From the NCBI RefSeq assembly GCF_006345805.1, contig NC_043017.1, forward strand, positions 7,936,001 through 8,000,000: a stretch of DNA of 64,000 bases. The letters are read 5' to 3'. Of the stretch, positions 50,646 through 64,000 are shown in pieces (position 1 is the stretch's first letter; the number at the start of each line of letters is the position of its first letter). The DNA is from Octopus sinensis (Eukaryota). The translations under genes and the position numbers were made by a program. The notes beneath the pieces were generated by a model. The model had not been told where the DNA came from. It saw only the letters and a program-made list of their open reading frames with translations, and did no database searches.

Positions 50646-53600
50646 GGCAAAGCTTTCAACCAAATGCAAAACAAAACTAACATAAAAACAGCTGTTGTAT
50701 GATTTCAACTTGCCATCATGTAATCAGTAGTTCTTCTGAACCAATTGACCAACACGGTAAATGTATAACTTCTATCAGGTCAAATCAATGTGAAGTCTAA
50801 AATCAGAAGAAAACCCTGATGGCCTGCATCAGTAACAAATTATCCAAAAGGAAGTGTAGGAATTAAAATAAATGTAGTTGCCACAAGGAAAGGAAAAAAT
50901 GTCCACTGTTTCGGGTTTAGATCCTTTACTGAGGAAGAGAAGAGAAAGTTCTCTGTTCTTTTGTTTTCTTCAGTGAACTGTGTTCAGAGCCTGCAGTGTC
51001 AGGCATTTTCTTTTTGTCATGGTCACTGTATTCATGTTAGCTACCATACTTCCTCTGAAATCAATGTAACACATCATTTTGCTATTTCCAGTTGCAATAA
51101 AATAGTTAAAAAGTTACTGTTATATTTTGGGATGGTATGTTTTTTTCTCTTTGCCAGATAAACACATGCACTACATATTTGTTCTTAACTTTAGCTTTAT
51201 TATTGTTTTTTTGTCATGCATCCTGTGACCTCTGTCCATTCTGTCTTTCTAGAAAGATAGAATGGACTAAACAGAACAGTATTTAGTTTGTTATACGTTT
51301 TGAGTTCAAATTTTGCTGTTGTTGTCTACATTCCACAGATGATACAGTATCAGCTATATACTGGGATTCATTCAGTCAACTTTAGTTCAGCCCAAGAAAA
51401 ATTTGTTTTGTAGCTAATATAAGTAATAAGTATTATTTCTAGTGCTATAGAAAAGAGACAAGTTCCTTGGAAGGCAAATCCTCAATCTGATTTTAATTCT
51501 CAGTTATTAACATTGATTTGCTAATGTGGTGGATTGGCAGAATTGATAGTGCATCTTGTAACATTTTGTCCTTTACATACTAAGTTCAAATCCTACTGGG
51601 ATCAACATTACCTTTTACATTTCAAGATCAATAAAATATAACATTCAAGTGATGGGGTTGATTTAATCAATTGATACTGGTGTCTCTAAGGTTTTTAATA
51701 GGAATGAGACTTTGGCCAAAATTCCCCCCAAAATATTCTTCATATTGCTTGCATTTTAAGGAAAATTGGAAACTCATATGACCCACAGCGACCCCAGACA
51801 TTGTTGACTTTGAAAGACACAATGATGGAACAATGCTACATGAATTCTGTAATTCACAAAATGGTGATGCATCTGTAATTGTGTTTAAAACAAGTGTAAG
51901 CTGCTGTTGATGATGACTGACCTATGTAATTGATGTCCTTGACAAAGACAAACTGAATATATCTGAATGGTAATGGAAAGGAGTTTGGAATAAACAGAAT
52001 GAGAGTGGGGGGAGATGCCAAGAGAAAGGACAGGAATGAGATAGGGGAGAAGAGCTAGAGTAGACTGGGATAAAGAGAAGGGAACTAACAGAGAGAAAGA
52101 GAGAATCTTGAAAAATTCTATTCAGTTGGACTTGAATTTTATGTCACTTTAGAAGAACTGTGTATCTGAAACTACATTTGTATCTCTGCCCCCCCCCCAC
52201 ATTCCTTCTGGTTCTTATTTTAAGAAGACACCCTCTACCAACCATAAGTAGGCTATCTCATGCAAAGTAACAGTTTCAACATTCAGTTGGTCTAATGATG
52301 GAATTCTTTAGTATTATTGCTTACAATATCACCTAACCATTATATGCTATAGGAAGAACGAATGAGAGAGAAGCATTTTCATTATAACTGAAAAATTTTC
52401 TTTCTGAAATGATAAAGTAGCTATGTGGCTTTCATTAACACACTGTTATAGAGAAATAAAGTCTCTTAAAAGTTCTTGATAGCAGAGATGGACATTTTAG
52501 GGAATACAATAAATGAAATATTGAGATGTTGTGCTATGAAAATATTGAACTGTGTTATAAAAATATTGTACTATCTTATAAAAATATTACTGTATATTTT
52601 TTATAATGGCTTTGTATTTTTATTTTTCTCTCTATATATTTTACTGGTTTCATCCAGTGGACTGTGTCCATGCAGGGAAACCAACTTCAAGAGTTTTAAT
52701 CGATAAAATATTTCTATCTTCTGGTTACTGTGGTGCTTATTTTATCAATCTCTTTTTATTGAATTGCTAACTTGCATTTTGATGCAAAGTGACAAAACAT
52801 GATGCACCATTTAAAACACCCCCCCCCCCCCACACACACACACACAGAAGGGTTCTGGATTATTTCCACCTATAGAATCCTGCTCATGAAGCATTTATCA
52901 ACCTGAGTCTACAATAGTAAGAAATACTTTCTTAACATGCCATGTAGTGACATTGAATCCTGGGAACATGTGTTTGTGAACAAGTTTCTTAGATGTAGGC
53001 ATAACCTTGTGTTTTCATCTCTCCTTAATATCCAATATTGGTTGGTTAATTTAGTTATTTTGAATATTTGAATTCATATAATATACTGATTTTCTTAACA
53101 GCAATCTCTCAACTGCAAAGTGAGCATGGTATTGTTGTTAGGGAGATTGAAGTAATTAGGGTTATGAGATTGCCTAAGCTGCAAAGATCAGGTGACATCC
53201 TAGCAGCTACTGTCAAATGATCTACCTCAGAATTGCTTTCTGTCCTGAAGTGTTCCAATATCTGCATTTTTGTGGGTAGTTATTGACTTCTATGAAGTTT
53301 TACAGTATCTGTGTTTTTGTAGGTAGCTATTTAGAATCTTGGAATTATGTTGCAATATTCTTTATCTCTCTGTAAAATACTTTCTTAACTTCTCCAACTA
53401 TCACGCTTGTTGTTTATTTCCAGGTCAACTTTAAAGATGTTCCAATTGTGACCATCACATCTTTTATTAATTTTTAAAATAGTAGGTTGTGATTTGGAGG
53501 AAATTTAGCAGCTACTTTTAGCAAGTCAGGTGATCATGTAGATTTTTCCTTTATTGTACAGAGGCAACATCACAAGCAATGAAGTAAATCCCATGTATGC

Positions 53601-54029
53601 ATAAGGTCAGTTGAAAACTACCATACTGCTATTATCACAAGGGACGATAATATTGTGGACAACTAAGCCAGATCCATTGGTCATCTTTACAGAAATAATC
53701 TGTAGCTATAGAGAGAATAGGGTGAAGTCCAGAACCAAATAAAATTGATCGGAGTGTGTGTCAGCAGTGATAAATCAAAGGGAGAGTTTATGGAAGGCGA
53801 GCTAAATCCAATTACTGTGTTGGAAAGCAAGAGCCAAGACATTAGACTTTCTACTTCTCACAGTAATTGAATTTGACATTCCAAACTCTTCTCTAGAGAG
53901 AATAAACTAAAGCTGTTGCACAAAATGTATGAGAAAAACCTTTGAAAAATCTTCTTTCTGTTGATTACACAAAAAACTAATAACTTGTTTAAAAAAAAAA
54001 ATCTTCATTATCTGTACTATATTGGTTCT

Positions 54030-54300
54030 GTCTCCATCATCTAAGGAACTGTTGTCTCCTCAACATTTATCACCTCTGACACCATTTATTCATGTTCAGA
54101 TGACACAATTCTCTACACTCATGAATAAAATCCTTTAAACTAGTTAGCCTGTCTTTTGCATATAACTTATTGCTCCAACCTGTCTCCCACTTCTATTAAT
54201 GAAAGTTTCCTTATGCTCCTCTTCCTACTTGAGCCTCTGGGTCTACACACAATATATCTTTCCTCAGACACAACAATTATAAAAATAAGGAGCAATGTCT
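54030..54300 (+). mobile_element. Decayed L2/CR1-like LINE RT fragment
   Basis: Frame near 54060-54125 reads STFITSDTIYSCSDDTILYTH, a degenerate (Y)ADDT catalytic motif context, with stops downstream. Confidence 0.45.
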
Positions 54301-55595
54301 ATATCCATGAATGTATTTGAACTATGAGATATAGCATTGAGATGAAACCAACAAACTTTTTTTTTTGTTACTGAAGAGGTGAGGTGGCTATGGCCTCATA
54401 ATGCTAGGAATTAAGCTAGGAAATCCAGTCACTTGTTCATTGCCTGTCTGCCCTCTTCTCTCTCTTTCTCTCATTTAATGTCCCATACAAGTATGCGTAG
54501 GATTGCTGGTTTTACAACTGGATATGCCTTTCCTACCACTTACTTTATTTTTCAACCATAAAGAAAAAATGGAGACTGTTGTCAGCTTGGACAAACTGAG
54601 ACAACCATACAGTTTTATGCCTTGCATTGAAGCCAGAGCCAGTGGTTGTAATATAAATAATGGTAACAGTCAGTAACAACCATTTTGCTTACCACAACAA
54701 TTGCTACACATCAATTATGTTATTGCCTAGAAACCTATTACTTGCATATTTCAACAGAGCTTATTTTTAATAATCATAACTAATCTCTTCTTTCATGTAG
54801 TTTCAGATTACATTCTTTCAAATGTATAATTTTATATGAGACTTTAAAACTTCTGTTTTAATTAAATTTTAACAAACAAACAAAAGAAACTTTCTTTTTC
54901 TCTCTGCTCAGCATTAAATTAGATCATGAAACCTGCATGTAAGCTATGTGGTTGTCATAATTTTCCATCTCTTATCCTGTGAGAAGTCAATCTGTTAAAA
55001 TGCTTTGATTTGTTCTACTTGTATATTGTTGTGACAACTTCTGCACCTCTATATCCACTGCACTTACCTGGAATATAAGAATTTCCAAATCCTTTTTTTC
55101 TTTTTAAAGACTGTTTACATTGCAAGGGATTACATGATTGTCTCATTCTTTTCTTCTTTTTATTTATTTTCTCTTCTTTTATTTGAAATATCGTACTCTT
55201 GTTCAAATTGCTCTCACTGATTGTCTTGTCTGAGCAACTTGTAACAGTACTGTCTTGGCTTCTATTTCAATAGGAAGTCTTAACTTCTACTGTCTTAACA
55301 GTTCTAAAATGACTTGGTTCCTCTATCATGTTTTACCATGAGCTATTAATTCCTTCTTTACCTTGTTGAAGCTATACTTAGACTCTTAGACTTCTCAGTA
55401 GGCACCAACTACTGACATCTGATTTGTGACTCCAATTCTCTCTACTAACAGAATAAAATGGAAAGAAAACCTGTGTGCACAAAACCGGTAAGTTCCTTCT
55501 GCATTCTACAAAGAATGGTCTCGTAATACATCTCTTTCTATGTGGGTGTAGATGCTTGCTACCCTCCTCCTTATCTGTATAGCGCCTCCTTCAAC

Positions 55596-55643
<48 letters not shown>

Positions 55644-56092
55644 TACAACTACTATTGCTGCTGCTGTTGTTACTGCTACTGCTGCTGCATGATTTAGAAA
55701 CAAATAAGTTCATCAGTCAGTATTAGCTAAGTAATAAAACCATCTTTCTAACTGTTTTTAACCTGTTGTATTGTTTTTCAACAAAAAAAGAATTTCAATA
55801 AAATATTAATCCTGCCGTCAGTCTCTCTCTCCCATCCCATTTTCCCAAAAGAAAACTTTATCAAAAAATATTATCAATTGATTTTTTTTTTTTTTTTGCT
55901 GCAACTCAATATTTTCTTTATTTCTGCTTGACCTTTAATCTTTGATCAGTTTTTAGTCTTGATTATTCTGATTTTCAAGTTGCCTTTATTATCATCCTTT
56001 TTGTTGTTGGTCTGCTGACCAAAGCTGATTCCAAGAAATAGTACATGCATGTTCCGATCTGGTTTTTCAGTTCAGTGCAAGAAATATTGTTA

Positions 56093-56123
<31 letters not shown>

Positions 56124-57771
56124 CATTACTCTTATTATCACTGTTGAGGGGAGCAGACATCTGTGTTGGAGCTCCACAAAGGTGTAACTTTTGACCAGAT
56201 TACCTTATGAAAAAGGATTTTTTTGTTCCACTTTTGCTAGCCAAGTGCTTTCAAGTTGTTTGGTATGGAGGAGGGTTTTGTCTTTGATGTTTTTAACTTT
56301 TTTTATAATTTTGGCAAATAGCCTTTTACAGTATTTACATACAATGCAAGATGCACCTCAAGTTAAAGAGCAAGAGGTTCTCACCACAGTGGTGGTAGCA
56401 ACAACCTTAATAATATCAGCAAGCATATCCTCAAATTATTTTTAATTGAAAAAATATTTAAAAAAAGCATTTAAAAAGCAATTATGAAAATCTCAAAGGA
56501 CATAGAACTTCGATCTAAACACTTGCAGTTGTTCAATAGAAGACACAAGAAAAATAGTGTTTGTAACATTGAGTAGGTAAGAAGTAAGCAGTGTTGATAA
56601 CAACAATAACAATATTCTATCTTTTGCAAATGTTTTGAATCAAAAGGAGTGACTTGTATAGTGCATGGATCTCAGAATATGGGGATCCAAAATATGAGGG
56701 GCCAGGGATATTGGCAGTGGCATTGAACCATGGTTTTCTTGTGACTTTTGTACAATAGTATGTATATATGATAAGCATTGGAATGATTGCAACTAATGAG
56801 CCCAATAAATCAGAAAGCCATCCCAGAACTGTATCCCTCTTAGTGAGTGGAGCAAAGGTAAATCAGATTGTTGGTGCAGGGCAGAAGGTTCAGTTGCTAC
56901 ATGTGTGATAGTAAAAGCTGCTGAGTGTCTTCTGTCTGGAATACAAAAGGAGCAAAAATGAGAGCATTTCATGTAACACCAATAACAGTAGGCTTTGAGG
57001 TGAAGAACATGACTATTGTTACCATTGTTTCGAGTCATAGCTCTGAATATAACCAGTTGGAATGGAATGAAATTGCCTCATCCTCAGTGCTACATATATG
57101 AAGGCTGACAACTGAGAAGCCAAGGCGTCCTCTCCAGCACAGGACTGACCAGAGGCTGAGTGCAGCAGTAATATCATCTTGGAATGATGGGGAGGTAGAT
57201 GCAAAAAAAAAAAAAGGGTGGGAAGCTGTTGGAGGCAGCAAGAAAAAGGGAATGAACAAATATGTGATCCATGAGAAGGGGCAAGCAAAAAGATGGATGT
57301 TCAAGGAGTACCCACTCTCTCATGAAGCCTTACTTTTAAGCACCCATATTACTTGATTTTGACACTGTGTGTAAAAGAAAACCAATTAAAAACTATTTTG
57401 ATTGATGAGGAAATGGAGATGATTACAGTCTAATAAATAGTTATTGAAGACAAAGTGAGTGGTCTATCAACAGTTGAAAGATTACAGCCTTGTGGATGTG
57501 GGGCTCTTCAGTTCAACTCTAGATAAACATGCTCAAGTGTAATTTTGAAAGTGATCAGAATGGGAGGTAATTAGCCATAGGATGCCATTACACTATTTAG
57601 GTGTTAACTTCTTACCTTTGTATTTGTTTTGTGCATCAAATTTTTAACTTTACGTAACATATTGTGTTATTTCCCCACCCTACAATTTATTATACATATG
57701 TATATCCCTTGGTTTTGCAATCCTTTTGTATGGTGCATTTTGTATTGTATGTATGGGGCCTTATGGCCATT

Positions 57772-57820
<49 letters not shown>

Positions 57821-58129
57821 ACATCATGATTATTGCATATCATAAGAATTAACTAAAAGGGTTGAAAACAGGATGAACATCTGGCTACCAAATCAATTTT
57901 CAAGGCTTAGGTCAGCCTGACACTTGCCTGAGGCTGTGCAATGGAACTGACCCAAAACTGCATAGTTGGGAAGAAAGCTTCTTGACCATATAGCCACAGT
58001 TGCATGCATGCATACATTCATTCATTCATTCTGAGACTAATGACCTAGTGTAGAACTCAGTGTAGATATGGTTCAAAATGAAGCATTAGTCAAGTACAGA
58101 GTGATAATAAGAAAAAGATGACAAAACGA

Positions 58130-58680
58130 TTATTTTATGAGCTTCATTAGCTTACAGCGGTTTCTGCTTTAAGATGCAGTAGATTCACAGTTGAGTATGT
58201 GAGTAACATTTTATAGTTTCATTGGAGCCTTGAATATGAAGTGCAATTTATTTGGGAAAAAAATAAGTAGAAGCCCTTTATCTATGTGCGTGTTTTTTCA
58301 GAAAAAAAAAATCGATGAACAGGGGAGGAGCACTGCAAAGCAAAGATGGACCATGTGGTAGTAGGACTACACTTGACATTGGTGGTCAACATATGCCTGA
58401 ACTACAACAGGCTTGTCCTACAGAGAATGTTTCCGATTACTTTTGGGTACCCCCCTCATATATATATATATAGAAAAAAACATTACATACATGTTGGCTT
58501 TCTCATTGATAATGCTTTTTTTTTTGTATATACATAAATGTAATTCTTTTCCCTAATAAACTGCATTTCATATTTGAGGCTCCAATGAAGCTACAAGGTG
58601 CTACTCAAGCACTCAACTATGAGTCCACTGCATTTTATAGCAGAAACAGCTGTAAAGCTAATGAAGTTCATAAGATAATT
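58130..58680. repeat. Inverted pair of ~135-bp repeat ends (Penelope-like terminus suspected)
   Basis: 58130-58265 (ttatgagcttcattagcttacagcggtttctgct...ggagccttgaatatgaagtgcaatttatt) is the reverse complement of 58546-58680 at roughly 80% identity. A related fragment lies at about 10985-11040. Confidence 0.8.
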
Positions 58681-59479
58681 ATTTATTCCTTTGTCATTTT
58701 ATTTTCTTGTGTGTGTGTGTGTGTGTACATGTATATACTTTTGACAGGTGTAAAGCTTTCTTTCCATAGGAATTTGATTTTCATATTAGCCATGTCTGAG
58801 TTCCCCCTGTTCACTGGTATAATTAATAACACTGAGATGATTTACACTGGCAAAATGACCTAGCAGTTATGAGTGCAATTATGCTGTATGGTTCATGTAT
58901 TTACTTTACAAACACATGGTTTTGAGTTTGATCTGACTGCAGAGTACTTTGGGCAGGTGTCTTCTAATATAACCTTAGGTTGACCAATACCTTATGGGTA
59001 GCACCTAGTAGATGGACACTAAGTAGAAGCCCTTTATCTATGTGTGTGTGTTTTTCAGAAAGCCACTGCAATGCAAGATTGGGAAGAATGAGTTAACAGA
59101 AAGTAAAACAAGAACACTGGTTTATATTTTTTTTTACCTTGTTTTTGATTTAAAAATCCATTATTAAGAAGATGGAAGGCAAGCTTGCTTTGTCTGTACT
59201 GATCAAAATAACTAATCAGTTATTTTTCAAATGCCAACACTGGAAAGGAGGGGCTCTGGCTTATGCAGACTGGTTATGTTAAATCAGCCAACTAGCTGAT
59301 TTACTATTAAGATACAAGCATTGGATAGAAAACCCGGAAAGCCAGTGCTTTACTAATGAAGTTTCTTGAATCAAGTTAGACACTCCCTTGTCATTCTTAT
59401 CATGAGAAATGTAGTGAACCGATGATTGGTTCATGGTAAACCTGTAAACAACAATAGTATTGTTCATAAATTGTCCTAT

Positions 59480-59516
59480 AAAAACATATATGTATGTGTA
59501 TGCATGAGTATATGCA

Positions 59517-59556
<40 letters not shown>

Positions 59557-59790
59557 TGCATATACATGTATGTATGCATATGCATGCACGTGTGCAGATA
59601 TCTATATATGTGTGTGTGTTCACAAACACACACACATACAGTATATGTCAGATGTATATATGTACGTATGCATGCATATATGCATGTATGTATGTATCCA
59701 TGCATTCATGCATGTGTATATAGGCATAGTTGCATATATATGTTGGCATGTTACATATGTAAGCATATGTGCTGTATATGTATGCATATA
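59480..59790. repeat. Alternating purine-pyrimidine low-complexity tract (ATGC/TA/TG) with a palindromic core
   Basis: tatatgcatgca(ta)n-tgcatgcatata is a perfect inverted repeat at about 59507-59564 within about 300 bp of RY alternation. Confidence 0.85.
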
Positions 59791-59960
59791 TTGGGTCATC
59801 CCATAAATAATGCAGTTTTCACAATTGCATGAACTAAGAGTTGGAGGGGACAGAATAAACTACCTGCATCAACTTGCTATAAAAGCAGGTAATAATTTTA
59901 CCTTGTATTTATTCTTAGTGTAAGTTTTGAAGAGTGCAGTTTGATTTTAACAGTTATTTA
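59791..59960 (+). mobile_element. Mariner-like 5' terminal fragment
   Basis: TA|ttgggtcatcccataaataatgc...gtaagttttgaagagtgcagtttgattttaacagttat resembles a mariner left end and 5'UTR. No transposase ORF follows. Confidence 0.5.
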
Positions 59961-60394
59961 AAAATTTTTTATTGAGCCTGCAGCCATGTGGTAAAAAAGC
60001 AAACTTCTTACCACACAGCCATCCCTGTACCTCATTGTCAATACAATTAGTAAGATTGTGTGTGTGTATACCTGTACCTCTGTTTCTACTTATGCCCCAT
60101 AACTTGGGTGTTCAACAAATAGAATTTAATTGAATAAATACTAGGCTTAAAAATATATACTAGAGTTGATATGATTGATTAAAAGAACTTTGAAGATGGT
60201 ACCCCAGCATGGTCACAGTCCAATGACTGAAATAAGTAAAAGAAATGGGGACTAAGCAAGTTGCAATGCAGGCAACCCAACCCTACTAGGAGAGCAGTAA
60301 CTGTGAATAATAACTAAGCAGCTAACACTTTAGTTCTGCCACAGAAAACCTTTCTAGCACCAGTGTAGCATGATAAGATATACTCAGTTCATGC

Positions 60395-60600
60395 AGTGAA
60401 ATGGTTGGTCCTAGGAAGAGCATGCAGCTGTAAAAAAAGCCATATCAGAAAAAAAAAAAAATGGCAATTTCCTCTGTTATTGTGTGTAGCAGATGATGAG
60501 GTACTGCAACAGGAGGTGAGACTGAGACCTAGCCAATCCATGCAAGCATGGAAAAATGGGTGTAAAAATGATAAGATTGAAAATAAAAATGACAAAATCT
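60395..60600 (+). mobile_element. Old diverged relative of the (GAT)n-tailed retroposon 3' domain
   Basis: tggttggtcctaggaagagcatgcagctgtaaaa...ccaatccatgcaagcatggaaaaatgggtgtaaaaatgat parallels the consensus ggttggcgttaggaagggcatccagctgtagaaa...ccaacccatgctagcatggaaagcggacgttaaatgat. Confidence 0.65.
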
Positions 60601-60657
60601 AGAAGTGACAAAATACAAATAGAAATCCTAACTAGCTGCACAGTTATATAAATATGA

Positions 60658-60708
<51 letters not shown>

Positions 60709-62856
60709 TTCATCACTCTTTGTATTGTTAAAATAGAGATGGGTTTGTATATTTCTCTTATGTTTTATTTTCTCATGATTGGTTGAAGCTGTTACTGCCA
60801 GCTAACAGATCCACTGGGTTGCTTTCCCTTGCTCTCTTCTCTCTATCTCATACAGTCTCTCTTTTTCTCCCTCTTTCTAGTCAGTTAGGCTGTTGTTGTT
60901 GATATTGGTCACAAAAGCCAGTATTCCATCTGGCTGCACTGATGCTGTCTCTTGTTTCAAGAGCTGAACACTGTGTGTGTGTGTTTTTGTGGTGGTGTAT
61001 GGTATGGTTGCTAACTATCTGGCTAGCTACATGTTGGTAAATCTATTTGTACAAGTGTAGCTATGTTTATGTGTTGCTGTGTCTGGTTATGTGTTATGTG
61101 TATGTGGTTTTGAGTGTGTCTGCATAAGTGATATGAACTGATGTTTATGCATTACTATTTGTACTGGTGGTGGTGGTGTGTGTGTGTTTTAGTCAATCAT
61201 GTGTGCAGGTGTAACTGAATTTGTGTGTATGTACATATGTAATGTATGTTTGTATATATGATTTATTGGGTTTTATGTGCTTTTGTGTATGTATGTATGG
61301 AATGTATCTATGTAATGTATGTATCATTATGTTTGTGCCTCTGTTCTTAGAGTGTTGTGTATTTCTCTCTATAGAATGATTAAATAGCTAGAACTTACCA
61401 TTCCATCTCCTGCCTCTACCCATCACCACCGACACCAACAACACTGTGGTGTGCAGCATTGGTTGATATTATTGCTGCATAACATATTCACAGAAGCAAC
61501 TTCATCTAACACCCCCTACACACCGACAACCATCTCCCTCCTCTCTGTCCCACACCCCTACATTCTACTGTCAGTTTGGAATACAAAGCAAACAATAATA
61601 CAATTTGATATCAAAATTATCACATTGCTTTCAAACCGTTTTCCACTGAAAAGATCAGCATCCTTGTTCCTTCATGGGGTTATATAGATTTCACTCTTCT
61701 GCCCTTCCACCCTCCCTTATCATCATCATTATCATCTTCATTATGACCACCACCACTATCATCATCGTTATCATCTTAATCTTATGTATACTCACATCTT
61801 TGCTTCTCTATCTTAAGAATAATGAGTGACAATCTGTTGTTGTATTTGTTTCCTCATCAGGTAGAGCTGTGCAAACACTGCACACACACACACGTATTAG
61901 ACCACATATGAGTGTGAAAAACATACAAATGATATCACAAATATTGCAGTAACACATGGATGCATATATTCAGACTTTCACACTTGTTTTTGTTGGTGTT
62001 GTTTTATTTATTTATTTATTTATTTATTTTTGTTCTCTGAAGTTGAAGGCAAAAAATAAATAAAATAAAAATAACGAAATTACGACAGGTTTCCAATATT
62101 TTCATGGAATAACCAAAACAAGAAATAGCTGCTCTATAATACTTAATGACATACATACACCACATGCATACAAGAGAGCATCAACATAGCTGCTTGACCT
62201 ACTAGAAAAAGAAGCTAAATCTTGCACAAGTCACACCTTAAGAAAAGAACGAAGAACACAATAGATAACGTAGTCATGTAGTCTTAGGTAATTCATGTTT
62301 GGCTAAAAGACAGAATGATTTTGGCTGGAATGTTTTTGATCAAAAAGATTTTCTGAATCAGAACTGATGTGTGACTTAAACAGTAATAGACATACACATA
62401 CAACACAACTCACACAGTAGGAGTCATTGTGAAACATTTTACTGTGTTTGTGTGAAATTTTGATGTTGTTGGTGGTGTCCTTTAGTCCCAGGTCAACTCT
62501 GATTGACCAGATTTATAACCAAAGGCATCCTAACCATAACAATCCCTGTTTGAGACTACTATGCTTTGCTGATGAAATTTGATAAGACTGCAGTATGTCT
62601 GTGTGTCATCATGTTTGATAACAAAGATCAGGGGTTTTTTTTTCTATAAGCATGAAAATAAATAATTTTCTATGAAATTAGGTGTTAATCTTTTGTGATT
62701 GTTTCCTTTTTTGTTTTAAGAGTCACTAATTTTTCCTGCAAGGTTTTGTTTTCTTTCTCCAAATAAGAAGTAAATTTCAATGCATTTAGAAATATTTGCA
62801 TACAACATTCAGTACATCACCTCCTTCCTTTGTTATAGAATAGAATTCTTTTAATC

Positions 62857-63250
62857 TTTTTTCTTGTTTCAGTCATTTGACTGCAATCATGCTGGAGCAC
62901 TGCCTTGCGGGGTTTTAAAAATATGTTCTGATCCCAGAACTTACTTTTTAAAGCCTAGTACTTGGTCTCTTTTACCAAACTGCTAAGTTACAGGAATGTA
63001 AACACACCGATATTGGTTGTCAAGCAGTGATGGGGGGGACAAACACAGACACAAAAACACACACACATACATACATACATATGTGTGTGTGCGTGTACCC
63101 ACACACAATGTTCTTCTTTCAGTTCCCATCTGCCAAATCTACTCACAAGGCTTTGGTTGGTCTCAGGCTATAGTAGATGACACTTGCCCAAGGTGCCATG
63201 CAGTGGGACTGAACCTGGAACCATGTGGTAGGGAAGCAAGCTTCCTATCA
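62857..63250 (-). mobile_element. Full-length family-B SINE, minus strand
   Basis: Tail 62857-63060 (tttcagtcatttgactgcaatcatgctggagcac...gacaaacacagacac), microsatellite 63060-63105, head 63110-63250 (...gggactgaacctggaaccatgtggtagggaagcaagc). Confidence 0.8.
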
Positions 63251-64000
63251 CACCTAATAACCTTTCCTTATTTAACATGGTAGAAAGAGATTTGAGGAAG
63301 ATTTGGCTGTTAATTCTAATTGGTCAAACAGCCACATAGAGGCTCCCAAAGGAGTGACTGGAATGCAAGTCTCATTGAAGCAGAGCAATGCTGTATTGTT
63401 CTATAGATTTGTTCTATAGATTTTTTAAAAGTAATCAATGTCCCATTTCGACCAACTTGTTGCTGCAGGGAAGGCAAAATTAAATAAATACAATTTATCG
63501 CAATATATAGCAACAAGTTTTGAGGATGCGGATTTTGTATCTATTTTGAAAATTTTACTTTGATTTTGGTTTTATTTTATTAGTTATCTTTTTTATTCCT
63601 GTTGAATTTTGTTTTCTTTCTTTCCTTAAAAAAAGAAAAATAAGAAAAATCAATTTAACAATATAAGATTTCTCACAGAAGAATGTACATACAAATGCAT
63701 TCTGCTGTGGTATTGGAAGTTTTAAGTCTATGGTTTTGTTATTACTCAAGTTTATAACCTAAATCCCACAAATGTATAAAAGTATATGGTGTGAGTATTG
63801 CTAATTTAATCAATATTTTTGTCTTTCTGGCCAGGATATATCTCAATCTCCTGAAAGTCTATTGACTTGGTTTATCCCACTGAGAACATTGCTAGCCTGT
63901 GTGATATCTCTTTGACCATCAGTGCTTATGGAAGTTGTACTTTTTTTGGTTCATTTTTTTCATTGCCTTTTTAGAAATTTTGGCATGCCTAATTAGTATA

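Noticed and set aside
53418-53470. ttccag|gtcaactttaaagatg... as a candidate SCAI 'VKFSEL' exon
   Set aside because: The translation (VNFKDVPIVTIT) does not match SCAI, and the sequence is part of a minus-strand family-E repeat.

Overview
This is an AT-rich, CpG-poor, microsatellite-dense animal genomic window. The repeat families resemble those of Octopus (coleoid cephalopod); that assignment is inferred from recall, not from a search. Only one host coding exon is recognisable: a 99-nt internal exon of SCAI (suppressor of cancer cell invasion) at 34774-34872 (+). I found no neighbouring SCAI exon, so most of the window is probably SCAI intron. The rest is repeat: two decayed DD37D (maT) Tc1/mariner elements, several MITEs (mariner-like, hAT-like, palindromic), RTE/L2/R4-type LINE remnants, at least four tRNA-type SINE families, and many mini- and microsatellites. 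I see no intact new protein-coding system. The most unusual structures are (i) a young (GAT)n-tailed retroposon carrying a variable-number 62-bp GC-rich array with nested higher-order repeats, (ii) a 720-bp foldback element with an asymmetric internal array, (iii) head-to-tail SINE chains linked by (TAT)n tails, (iv) long hairpin-forming elements flanking the SCAI exon, and (v) a candidate frame-preserving 36-nt cassette exon. Nearly all ORFs in the supplied track are artefacts of simple repeats or decayed elements. Most repeat boundaries are approximate; identities were estimated by eye.
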